From NCBI GenBank assembly GCA_964434475.1, contig CAYSVS010000009.1, positions 1 through 35,030 on the forward strand: a stretch of DNA of 35,030 nucleotides, given 5' to 3'. The position numbers and the translations under genes are program-made. Shown here piece by piece: positions 1 through 8,740 of the stretch. Every line of letters begins with the position of its first letter. Position 1 is the stretch's first letter. Below the pieces are notes generated by a model that saw only the letters and a program-made list of their open reading frames with translations, was not told the origin of the DNA and did not search any database. This DNA is from an uncultured Methanosarcinales archaeon (lineage in GTDB: Archaea; Nanobdellota; Nanobdellia; Woesearchaeales; CAYSVS01).

Positions 1-2
1 AA

Positions 3-55
3 TGTGCAATTAATCTAAAAAGCTAAGCTAAACAGCAATTATGCAAAGTTCTCTG
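3..55 (+). repeat. Left copy of 53-bp inverted repeat at the window ends
   Basis: tgtgcaattaatctaaaaagctaagctaaacagcaattatgcaaagttctctg is the exact reverse complement of 34978-35030. Confidence 0.97.
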
Positions 56-374
56 CATATATGAAATTGTACTAGATATTACGTAAAGGACTAATAATGG
101 CAGTTCTGGTTTGTTATATAACTCTGTTAACCATCGATTTCAACTCTTTTTTTAATAATTTGATTTTTAAAAGTAGTGTTGGTATTGACTGCGTTTTCAT
201 ACTGGAACTAATTTTTGCTATCTTAAAAGACTCTTTCGCTTTATTAAATATAATCTAAAGAATAATCTGTTGATGCTATTTTTTTATTAATATGTTATTT
301 ACTTATGCTGATTAGTGTATTAGGAGTCCTTTGATTTTTTAGAAAATAAATAAAGAATAAGTAAAAAAAACAGA

Positions 375-1151
375 TTATTTTTTAGGAATTTCTACTTGTT
401 CTTCCATAGCTGCTTTTTTGTCATCTTCTGAAACTGTAGAAGCTTCCTTTTTTGGTTCTTCTTTATGTTCTGTTTTATCTTCCTTAAGTTCAGGTTTAGA
501 AGCTTCTTTTTTTGGTTCTTCTTTATCTTCTGTTTTATCTTCCTTAATTTCAGGTTTAGAAGCTTCTTTTTTTGGTTCTTCTTTATCTTCTGTTTTATCT
601 TCCTTAATTTCAGGTTTTTCTTTTACTTCTTCTTTAGTTGTCTCTTTTTGAGGAGGTTCTTCTTTTTTTTCTTCTGCATTAAGATTATCTTTCTTTGGCT
701 CTTCTTTAGCTTTTTCCTCAAAACCTGCTGCTTTTTCCAGTTCGCTGGCTTCTGTTTTTTTCAATTCTTCTGTTTTTTTCTCTTCTGGTTTCTTCTTGCT
801 ACTCTTTTTCTTAAGATCTGCCAGCTTCTGTTTTATCTCATCAGTTTTATTCTTTGGCTCTTCTTTCTTTTCCTTAACTTCTGTTTTGACTATATCAAAC
901 CCTTCAAGCTCAGCGTATACTTTTCCGTCATCCTCTTTCAATACATTTACCTTGACATGATGAGGAGGGGATTTTATACCTTTGCTCCAAATAGCTTCGT
1001 TAAGATTCTTGCCTATATTTATGTTTTCACTTTTCATGTTTTTCATTAAAAACTGTTTAAGTGCTTTAGTCGCTTTTTTAGCTCTTTTATATTTTGGGCT
1101 TTTTAGCCACTCTTTTCTTAAAGGAATGTTGTAAGTTCTTTCTATTGCCAT
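375..1151 (-). CDS. rpl31e: 50S ribosomal protein eL31 with long Lys/Glu-rich C-terminal tail
   Basis: N-terminal ERTYNIPLR...KRAKKA...LNEAIWSKGIKSPP is the L31e signature; follows eL39; GGTGA RBS upstream. Confidence 0.95.
   Translation of the reverse strand: MAIERTYNIPLRKEWLKSPKYKRAKKATKALKQFLMKNMKSENINIGKNLNEAIWSKGIKSPPHHVKVNVLKEDDGKVYAELEGFDIVKTEVKEKKEEPKNKTDEIKQKLADLKKKSSKKKPEEKKTEELKKTEASELEKAAGFEEKAKEEPKKDNLNAEEKKEEPPQKETTKEEVKEKPEIKEDKTEDKEEPKKEASKPEIKEDKTEDKEEPKKEASKPELKEDKTEHKEEPKKEASTVSEDDKKAAMEEQVEIPKK
438..617 (-). repeat. In-frame 60-bp tandem repeat, three copies (KPEIKEDKTEDKEEPKKEAS)
   Basis: Sequence lines 421/481/541/601 are near-identical at 60-nt period. Confidence 0.95.
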
Positions 1152-1162
1152 TTGTGATTCAC

Positions 1163-1336
1163 CTATGCTTTGGTTTTAGTCCTTCTCCATGATCTTTTTA
1201 CAGTTGTATGTCTGCCTGGATGTATCTTTCTTGTTTTACCGTATTTTTTAGGCACTGTCCAGAATGGGGCCCATCTTGTCCTTTTGCCTAATTTGATAAG
1301 TCTGAGTTTTCTGCTTAAATGTTTGTATCTAGCCAT
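1163..1336 (-). CDS. rpl39e: 50S ribosomal protein eL39 (57 aa, not in ORF track)
   Basis: Manual translation MARYKHLSRKLRLIKLGKRTRWAPFWTVPKKYGKTRKIHPGRHTTVKRSWRRTKTKA; PxW and RxWRRTK motifs; GGTGA RBS; position between eS19 and eL31. Confidence 0.92.
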   Translation of the reverse strand: MARYKHLSRKLRLIKLGKRTRWAPFWTVPKKYGKTRKIHPGRHTTVKRSWRRTKTKA

Positions 1337-1347
1337 TATGAATCACC

Positions 1348-1776
1348 TTATTTTTGTAATACTTCATTAGCTGCTTTGTCTAACAATTCTTTTCCTTCTT
1401 TTGTGATCACTCTTCCTTTATGTGCGCCTTTCTCTTTTTTTTTTATAAGGTTTGCTGCTTCTAATTGTTGTAGGATTTTTCTTATTATATTGCCTGATGC
1501 TTTTCTGAATTGTTCTGGTTTAAAGCCTCTATTTTTGCTTCCACCGTATTTTGTCCTTAGTTTTTCAGTTCCAATCGGACCTAATTTCATGACTTTTCTA
1601 AGTACTGCTGCTGCTCTTAAATACCACCAATTTTCTTGAACAGGAGGTCTTTGCCTATTTGTTCCTGTCTTTACAAAGCTTGCCCATTCTTCTGGCTTGA
1701 TTTGCTCTAGCTTTTCAAGCTCTTGAGCTGTTCTTTCGATTAGTTTCGTTGGATTAACGTTAAAATACTTTCTCAT
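1348..1776 (-). CDS. rps19e: 30S ribosomal protein eS19
   Basis: PEEWASFVKTG...RPP...WWYLRAAAVLRK...GPIG...YGG...ASGNIIRKILQQLE; GGTGA RBS. Confidence 0.97.
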   Translation of the reverse strand: MRKYFNVNPTKLIERTAQELEKLEQIKPEEWASFVKTGTNRQRPPVQENWWYLRAAAVLRKVMKLGPIGTEKLRTKYGGSKNRGFKPEQFRKASGNIIRKILQQLEAANLIKKKEKGAHKGRVITKEGKELLDKAANEVLQK

Positions 1777-1915
1777 TTAATAATCACCCTTATTTGGCCT
1801 TATTTTAATCTATAAATCAAAAAATACTTGCATATTTAAATGTTACGGGTTTAATCTTTGTTTATGTGATTTAATGTTCTATTTAATCACTGATTAGTTA
1901 TTAAAAAACGTTAAT

Positions 1916-1923
1916 TTTAAATA
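1916..1923 (+). promoter_or_regulatory. Candidate TATA box (leaderless transcript)
   Basis: TTTAAATA ending about 25 nt before the ATG at 1949; AT-rich context weakens the call. Confidence 0.4.
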
Positions 1924-1948
1924 TTCTTAATATTTAACTTAATATAAA

Positions 1949-2383
1949 ATGTTTAAGAAATTAATGATGATGGCAGGAATTGGTGTATTGACTGCTAATT
2001 TGTATGCAGGTAATCAAGAAGTAAAATATTCTGACATTCAAGATAATAAAGATAAAGTAGTGCAAACTAGGTTTATATATAGATATAATCATATGGAACT
2101 TATGAAATCTGATCCTGGTTTTGATATGCAGATTTTGGAGAGAAAAGTGGATAGGTTGTATAAATATTTAGAAAAAGAAGACGATGTTTTACTTGATTCA
2201 ACAGAACTTCCTTTTCAATATACGCATTCTATATCTATTTTAAAAGAAAAACTTGGTTATAATGGCAAATCTGATACTGATGTTAAAACAGAACTAGGAT
2301 TAAGTCAGAGATCAACCTTAAAAGAATATACTGCAACAATGTTTAAAGTTTATGAAAAAATGATAGATAATATAGAGAGTTAA
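1949..2383 (+). CDS. Hypothetical secreted protein
   Basis: 144-aa ORF with Sec-type signal MFKKLMMMAGIGVLTANLYA. Confidence 0.7.
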   Translation: MFKKLMMMAGIGVLTANLYAGNQEVKYSDIQDNKDKVVQTRFIYRYNHMELMKSDPGFDMQILERKVDRLYKYLEKEDDVLLDSTELPFQYTHSISILKEKLGYNGKSDTDVKTELGLSQRSTLKEYTATMFKVYEKMIDNIES

Positions 2384-2384
2384 T

Positions 2385-2729
2385 CTATTTTCCTTTCCCG
2401 TCATATTCAACAAACAAAGTAGGGTTTTCGAACAATCTTATTCTTTTCATCTTCTTTACATATGGTTTTAATTCTTTCCAGATCCATACTGCAATGTTTT
2501 CTAAAGTAGGCTGCTTCATATAATCGTTCAGAAATGCACCCTTTAATTGCGCTATAATTGTTTTCTCAACAGTATTTGTTAATGTTCTTGTGTCGATGAT
2601 CATTCCTATGTCATTAACTTTACTTTCAACTTCGACCATCAATTTGTAGTTATGTTCGTGTAATGGTTGGCCTTCTGCATCTTGCAGCTTGTGCTTTGCT
2701 TTGAAAAAAAAACTTTTTGATAATAACAT
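2385..2729 (-). CDS. 6-pyruvoyl-tetrahydropterin synthase/QueD-like T-fold protein (atypical active site)
   Basis: FxAxHxL...LHxHNY...GMIID...LN...PTLENIA...E pattern; lacks catalytic Cys and the LDH motif. Confidence 0.85.
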   Translation of the reverse strand: MLLSKSFFFKAKHKLQDAEGQPLHEHNYKLMVEVESKVNDIGMIIDTRTLTNTVEKTIIAQLKGAFLNDYMKQPTLENIAVWIWKELKPYVKKMKRIRLFENPTLFVEYDGKGK

Positions 2730-2850
2730 ATTAACACCCGATACGTGTGTTTACGTTCTTTTTTAAATTTATTGTTGTGTTTAATTATTCATTATAATAA
2801 ATATATGTTCTAGCATAATCTTTATAAATATGCTTAAGATAAATCATTTG

Positions 2851-5800
2851 ATGATAAATTACAAAAAAAAGCCAGATACAGAAAAGAAAATAAAAAAGAT
2901 TCTGCATCCTGTAGTTGCTAAGTGGTTCTTCAGAAAGTTCAAGAATTTCTCGCTTCCGCAGTTATATGGTGTTATGGAGATACACCAAAGGCAGAATATT
3001 CTAGTTTCAGCTCCTACTGGTGCAACCAAAACATTGACTGGCTTCTTAAGCATACTGAATGAATTGGTTGATAGTGCAGATAAAGGAATACTGGAAAATA
3101 AGGTATATTGCGTATATGTTTCTCCATTGAAGGCATTGAATAATGATATATCTCGGAACTTATTAGAACCATTGAAAGAAATTGAAGAATTATATGGAAA
3201 AGAATTAGGTATTCGTGTTGGAGTAAGAACTGGAGATACAACACAGAAAGAAAAAGCGCAGATGCTGAAAAAACCTCCTCATATCTTGATTACCACTCCT
3301 GAATCTTTGGCTATAATGCTTACTAGTCCTAAGTTTTCTGAACATCTAAAAGATGTGTCTTGGATAATCATTGATGAAATACACGCATTAGCTGACGGAA
3401 AAAGGGGCGTCCATCTTAGTTTAAGCATAGAAAGATTGGATAAATTAAGTAGTCATATGACTAGGATAGGGTTGAGTGCAACAGTCGCTCCATTAGATGA
3501 AATAGCAAAATTTTTAGTAGGTTATGAAAATAGAGGATTAAGACCTTGTAAGATAGTGGATGTACAATTTATCAAAGAACTAGATATAAAGGTTCTTTCA
3601 CCTGTAGATGATCTGATAAATACTCCTCACGAAGTTATGCATTATAAGATGTATAAGCTGATAGATAAGTTGGTTCAGAAGAATAAGACGACGTTAATAT
3701 TTACTAATACAAGAGCAGCAACTGAACGTGTTGTTGATAACTTAAAGCATAAGTTTCCCAAAAACTATAATAATCTTAATATTGCAGCGCATCATGGATC
3801 TTTATCTAAGGAACATAGGCAAGAGACAGAGCAGGCGCTTAAAGATGGAAAATTGAAGTGTGTTGTTTGTTCAACTAGTTTAGAATTAGGTATAGATATA
3901 GGGTACATAGATCTTGTTTTGCTGCTTGGTTCTCCTAAATCAGTAGCTAGAGCATTGCAAAGAGTTGGCAGAAGCGGACATAAATTACATGCAATAACAA
4001 AAGGAAGGATCATTGTTTTGGATAGAGATGATCTTGTGGAATGTGCTTGCTTGTTGAAGAACGCTATGGAGAAGAAGATAGATAAGATCCATATACCTAC
4101 TTTATGTTTAGATGTTCTAGCACAACAGATACTAGGGATAATATTATCTGGATCTATGAATATAATGGAATTATATGAGATGGTTAAGAAAAGCTATTGT
4201 TATCATGGATTGCCTTATGATGATTTTTTACAGACTATAGAATTTCTTGCAGGAGAATTTTCTAGCTTAGAAGCAAGGCATGTATATGGAAAGATATATT
4301 ATAACAGAGATACTGGAGAGATAAGAAGAAGAGGAAAGATGACTCGTGTCATCTATATGACAAACATTGGCACAATCCCTGACCAAACAGGTATTAAAGT
4401 AAAGATTGGAGATAGGATTATAGGAGTAATAGGTGAAGGTTTTTTGGAAAAGCTAAGGCCAGGAGATGTTTTTGTTCTTGGAGGTAATACCTATATCTTT
4501 AAACATTCGAGAGGGATGGTTGCGCAAGTTAGTGTAAGTGTTGGCAGACCTCCTACTGTTCCTCATTGGGTAAGCGAGATGCTGCCATTAAGCTTTGACC
4601 TTGCTAATGATATAGGACGATTTAGGCGGCTTATAGAAGATAAGTTCAAGCATAAAAAGCCAAAAAAAGAGATTATGAAGTTTATCAACGATTATCTTTA
4701 TGTTGATTCAAAAGCTGCGAAAGCAATATTTAATTATCTAAGAGAACAATATGATTATATCGATGATATTGCTTCTGATAAGAAGATTGTTATTGAGAAC
4801 TACTCAGATAATAATAGGTATTATGTAATATTCCAGACCATGTTCGGCAGAAGAGTCAATGACTGTTTGTCAAGAGCTGTAGCTTATGCTATTGCTAGAA
4901 CTCAGAAACTCAATGTGGAGATAGGAATAAATGACAACGGATTCTATGTTGCAAGTGAGAAAAAATTAAATGCTTTGAAGGAATTTAAGATGCTTAAGTC
5001 TGAAGAGTTAGTTGGTGTGATGAACCTTGCTATAGACAAGACTGAAGTGTTCAAAAGAAGATTCAGGCACTGTGCAGCAAGAGCATTGATGATATTGAGA
5101 TTCTATATGGGTAGGAAAAAGACAGTGGGTAGAGCTCAGGTTAGCTCGATGCTGTTGATGCATGCATTAAGGAGGATAGACGAAAATTTCACAATACTTA
5201 AGGAAGCGAAAAGAGAGGTTTTGGAAGATCTTATGGATATAGATAATGCTAAGAAAGTCTTGTCAAGGATTGAGCAAGGCAAAGCGCAGATCAAGGAAGC
5301 GACAACACAGATACCATCGCCTTTTGCGTTTAAGTTGATAGCTGATTCTTATACTGATATAATGAAAATAGAAGATAAGATAGAATTCTTGAGAAGGATG
5401 CATTCTCTTGTCATAGCAAAGATTGCACTGCAGAAAGGAAAGAAAAAAGAAGATATAGAATTTTCTTTGCCGTCTGTTAAAAGCGAGGATGTAGTAGACA
5501 GCTATGAGATGGAGATGGAAGCTATACAGAAATTATCTGCAAAGAAATTGAGGATGGTAAGGGAATTGGATATCGAGAAAAAAATACCATTGGATGTTAA
5601 GCTTGATCTATTAAGGGTAATAAAAAATAAGAAAGATATGGATACAGATGTTGCTGACAGCATAAAGAAGCATGAAGCTGTGATAAGAAATTTCTGGAGC
5701 AAGGATCTGGCAGAATTTATCCTGAAAAAAGCATATGATGTTATAGATTATAGAAAGGTATGGGATGAGGATATAGAAGATCATTATCAGCAGGAGAAAG

Positions 5801-6021
5801 AGGTTACGACGAAATTACTTGTTGATCAGATGCTTAAGGTTCAGAAAAAGCTGGAGATGCAACCAGAGATATTTTATGATTTTGAAAGGCTTATAGAAGG
5901 TCATAGGGAAGGATTTGGTAAGAAATTTTTGAAGTATTTCAAAGAATTGATGTCAGATAGAAAGCTTTCAAATGTATGGCCTAAGGAACTAAGAGAATTT
6001 TTGATGAGTATTGATCTATAA
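2851..6021 (+). CDS. lhr: Lhr-family SF2 ATP-dependent helicase (start 2830 or 2851)
   Basis: YVSPLKALNND, RTGDT, ITTPESL, DEIH, GLSAT, HHGSLS, STSLELGIDIG, QRVGRSGH, IGTIPD, PSPFA. Confidence 0.95.
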   Translation: MINYKKKPDTEKKIKKILHPVVAKWFFRKFKNFSLPQLYGVMEIHQRQNILVSAPTGATKTLTGFLSILNELVDSADKGILENKVYCVYVSPLKALNNDISRNLLEPLKEIEELYGKELGIRVGVRTGDTTQKEKAQMLKKPPHILITTPESLAIMLTSPKFSEHLKDVSWIIIDEIHALADGKRGVHLSLSIERLDKLSSHMTRIGLSATVAPLDEIAKFLVGYENRGLRPCKIVDVQFIKELDIKVLSPVDDLINTPHEVMHYKMYKLIDKLVQKNKTTLIFTNTRAATERVVDNLKHKFPKNYNNLNIAAHHGSLSKEHRQETEQALKDGKLKCVVCSTSLELGIDIGYIDLVLLLGSPKSVARALQRVGRSGHKLHAITKGRIIVLDRDDLVECACLLKNAMEKKIDKIHIPTLCLDVLAQQILGIILSGSMNIMELYEMVKKSYCYHGLPYDDFLQTIEFLAGEFSSLEARHVYGKIYYNRDTGEIRRRGKMTRVIYMTNIGTIPDQTGIKVKIGDRIIGVIGEGFLEKLRPGDVFVLGGNTYIFKHSRGMVAQVSVSVGRPPTVPHWVSEMLPLSFDLANDIGRFRRLIEDKFKHKKPKKEIMKFINDYLYVDSKAAKAIFNYLREQYDYIDDIASDKKIVIENYSDNNRYYVIFQTMFGRRVNDCLSRAVAYAIARTQKLNVEIGINDNGFYVASEKKLNALKEFKMLKSEELVGVMNLAIDKTEVFKRRFRHCAARALMILRFYMGRKKTVGRAQVSSMLLMHALRRIDENFTILKEAKREVLEDLMDIDNAKKVLSRIEQGKAQIKEATTQIPSPFAFKLIADSYTDIMKIEDKIEFLRRMHSLVIAKIALQKGKKKEDIEFSLPSVKSEDVVDSYEMEMEAIQKLSAKKLRMVRELDIEKKIPLDVKLDLLRVIKNKKDMDTDVADSIKKHEAVIRNFWSKDLAEFILKKAYDVIDYRKVWDEDIEDHYQQEKEVTTKLLVDQMLKVQKKLEMQPEIFYDFERLIEGHREGFGKKFLKYFKELMSDRKLSNVWPKELREFLMSIDL

Positions 6022-6066
6022 TCATTAAAGGCATATTTTAAATACTATGTCTGTTTTTTACTTGTT

Positions 6067-6225
6067 ATGTTATTTGATGAAAAGAAAACATTGTCGATTA
6101 TTCTTATAGTATTGCTTGTTGTAAATATGATACTTTTTGGATTGCAAAAGATTAGCGCATTATCATTCTGGGGATTGATACTTACGGTGTTTCTTATAAT
6201 GAAGTTCTATATAAAGAAGAAATAA
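6067..6225 (+). CDS. Small two-TM membrane protein (52 aa, not in ORF track)
   Basis: MLFDEKKTLSIILIVLLVVNMILFGLQKISALSFWGLILTVFLIMKFYIKKK fills the gap after lhr. Confidence 0.7.
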   Translation: MLFDEKKTLSIILIVLLVVNMILFGLQKISALSFWGLILTVFLIMKFYIKKK

Positions 6226-6282
6226 TATTAGTTTTAAAAGACTAATAAATAAACTGTTTAATAAAAATAAATAAAAACAAGA

Positions 6283-6561
6283 TTATTTTTGTTTTCCTTT
6301 AACCATCAATGTACTGTTTTTTTGTGTTATAGATATCTCTGTAAGGTTGTTTATAACTATGTCATTGCCTGCTGGCAAATATATTACATTTAATCCTTTG
6401 ATATCTACTTTTCCTACTTTTTCGTAATCCAGAAACTGGTCCGGTACTTCTTTGCTTAGATGCGGGTCGTTGTCACTGAATAGATTCACAAAACAAGGAT
6501 AGTATTCTCCTTTTCTCTTTTTTCGTCCTAATATTATGCTTTTTGTTTTGTATTTTGCCAT
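6283..6561 (-). CDS. Hypothetical protein
   Basis: 92-aa ORF with upstream TTTATATA; no recognised motif. Confidence 0.7.
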   Translation of the reverse strand: MAKYKTKSIILGRKKRKGEYYPCFVNLFSDNDPHLSKEVPDQFLDYEKVGKVDIKGLNVIYLPAGNDIVINNLTEISITQKNSTLMVKGKQK

Positions 6562-6707
6562 TGTGTGATTTTTCTCCCAATGATTATATATAAATTTAAC
6601 TTATTATTACATAGTAGATATTATTTTTTGTTAAAAAACACTTCTGAAAATTCACAAAAAATTATCGAGATATATATGTGCCATTTTATTATTTGAAATC
6701 CCAAAAA

Positions 6708-8615
6708 TTATTTTTCTATTCTTACATCCAGAACTTCTTTAAATTTTCTTATTTTTTTTGTCAAGTCTTTTAGTCTGTCTTCATCTGTCGAATGCAGCTT
6801 GATTTGCAAAATAATATGGCCTTTGCTGCTTCTTGTGTTTATAGCTTTTATTATTATCCTTGCTGTTGTTATGGTGTTCAAAGCCTCTCTTATGAATCCA
6901 GGTGCGTCGTTTGCAACTATTATCAGTTCTTTTTCATATTTATCTTCCAGAATTTTCCATTTTAGCTTAGCAGTTTTAGATTGGTTTAAACTATGGATAT
7001 TAGGACACCCTTTTTTATGCACAGTTATTTTCTTGTCTTTTGTATAGAATCCTAATATCTTGTCACCTGGTTTTGGATAACAGCATTTCGAGATTTTTAT
7101 AGGTGCTTTTTTGCCTTCAATTATTTCTATTTGATCAGCTAATATTATTTGTCTTTCTTCATCTGCACTAAAGCTTTTTTTAGGTTTGTCAAATTGTATG
7201 TTCAATGCCTGTCTAATCTTTGATTTTGCCATGCTGCCTTTTACGAAATTTAGCCATTGTCTGTTAGGTTTAGCATTTTTTTGTGTAATAATATCCACAA
7301 CATCGCCTGATTCAAGCTTATGGTCCAAAGGTACAATGTTATTGTTTACTTTTGCTTTGCTGCATTTTTCACCTAAGTTGGTATGCACTTCATATGCAAA
7401 ATCTACAGGTGTAGATTTTTCAGGTAAAGATATAGGATCTCCTTTTGGTGTAAACACAATAATCTCATTTGCAAATAAGTCTAGGCTTAAATCTTCAATT
7501 ATGTCTTGTGCATCCTTGTTTGTTCTTCTCCATTCAAGCAGCTGCTTGATCCAGCGTATTTTTTGTTCGAATTTTTTGTCTCTTTCAGTGCCTTTATATT
7601 TCCAGTGTGCTGCTACACCTTCTTCAGCATAATCATGCATCTCTTTGGTTCTTATCTGTATTTCCAATAGTTTGTTGTAAGGCCCTTCTACTGTTGTATG
7701 CAGGGATTGGTAGCCGTTAGGCTTTGGATTCTTGATAAAATCCTTAAATCTTTTTTCAACAGGTTTCCATTTGTTATGGAGTATATCTAGTGCAGAGTAG
7801 CAGTTAGTTATATTATCTGTGATTATCCTTATTGCGATAAGGTCAAAGATATCATCAAATGTTTTCTTATCCTTCTTCATCTTATTATATATGCTATAGA
7901 AGAATTTTGCTCTTCCTGCAACATCTGCAGGAATATGGCTTTCTTTTAGTGTTTTCTTGACTTCTTCTATTATTTCCTGTGTTTTTTTTTCTCTTTCTCC
8001 TCTTTTTTCAGATATTCTTGCTTTAAGGTATTGATAAACTTTTGGCTCAAGGTATCTTAAACTTAAATCTTCTAGTTCTCCTTTTATGTAACCAACTCCT
8101 AGTTTGTGAGCTATAGGGGCATAGATATGCATGGTTTCCTCAGCGATCCTTTTTTGTTTGTCTGGTCTTAGATGCTTTAATGTACGCATGTTATGTAATC
8201 TGTCAGCTAATTTTATGAGCATTATTCTGATATCCTTAGAAGCTGCAAGTAATATCTTTCTGAAGTTTTCAGCTTTGTATTCTTCTTTTTTGAAGAATCT
8301 CATCTTGTCTATCTTTGTCAGTCCTTGAACCAAGCCAGCAACTTCTCCTCCGAATTCGGTCTCAATTTTATCTATCTTTACTAAGGTATCTTCAACAACA
8401 TCATGCAATAATGCAGTGCATATTGTAGCTGTATCTGCTTTTAATCTTATTAGTATTTCTGCAACACCTAAAGGATGCATAAAATAATCTTCTCCAGAAA
8501 TACGCTTTTGGCCTTTATGAGCATCTTTGGCAAAATTAAACGCTTTTCTGATAAGTTCAGAATCAGCTCTAGGATTATTATCCTTCACACTTTTGATGAA
8601 TTCGTTAAAGTCCAT
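6708..8615 (-). CDS. rel: Long RelA/SpoT homolog, bifunctional (p)ppGpp synthetase/hydrolase
   Basis: HD domain (AHKGQKR.SGE.YF.HP, ALLHDVVED, IKLADRLHNMRTL), synthetase (GRAK, DLIAIR, RFKD, NGYQSLHT, EIQIRT), TGS (FTPKGD, TPVDFAYEVHT), CCxPxPGD...H...C zinc finger, C-terminal ACT-like domain. Confidence 0.96.
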   Translation of the reverse strand: MDFNEFIKSVKDNNPRADSELIRKAFNFAKDAHKGQKRISGEDYFMHPLGVAEILIRLKADTATICTALLHDVVEDTLVKIDKIETEFGGEVAGLVQGLTKIDKMRFFKKEEYKAENFRKILLAASKDIRIMLIKLADRLHNMRTLKHLRPDKQKRIAEETMHIYAPIAHKLGVGYIKGELEDLSLRYLEPKVYQYLKARISEKRGEREKKTQEIIEEVKKTLKESHIPADVAGRAKFFYSIYNKMKKDKKTFDDIFDLIAIRIITDNITNCYSALDILHNKWKPVEKRFKDFIKNPKPNGYQSLHTTVEGPYNKLLEIQIRTKEMHDYAEEGVAAHWKYKGTERDKKFEQKIRWIKQLLEWRRTNKDAQDIIEDLSLDLFANEIIVFTPKGDPISLPEKSTPVDFAYEVHTNLGEKCSKAKVNNNIVPLDHKLESGDVVDIITQKNAKPNRQWLNFVKGSMAKSKIRQALNIQFDKPKKSFSADEERQIILADQIEIIEGKKAPIKISKCCYPKPGDKILGFYTKDKKITVHKKGCPNIHSLNQSKTAKLKWKILEDKYEKELIIVANDAPGFIREALNTITTARIIIKAINTRSSKGHIILQIKLHSTDEDRLKDLTKKIRKFKEVLDVRIEK

Positions 8616-8740
8616 AAAAAATAGAAAAAAGCAGGTGGTTTAAAAATTTATTGATAATCTTTGGTTTAAAGATTAATTTGAATCTTTTTAAAATTCAAAG
8701 TATGGTAAGATTTAAAAATAAGGTCTTAATGATGAGATAT

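Noticed and set aside
56..374. Gene or pseudogene next to the left repeat
   Set aside because: Only short frames (about 28 aa) found in the frames read, with no recognisable motif.
438..617. CRISPR array
   Set aside because: Repeats are contiguous, have no spacers, are in frame within rpl31e, and no cas genes are present.
418..1639. Plus-strand ORFs 418-651, 465-1049, 1170-1370, 1319-1639
   Set aside because: Antisense shadows of ribosomal protein genes; Phe/Ser richness reflects the A-rich coding strand.
2385..2729. Deazaguanine DNA-modification (dpd) defence system with Lhr
   Set aside because: No dpdA/tgt, folE, queC or queE; the two genes are divergent and Lhr is a common archaeal helicase.
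8651..8740. N-terminal extension of Kae1 in the ORF track
   Set aside because: Family alignment starts at MICLGIES (8741); the upstream region is probably the divergent promoter shared with rel.
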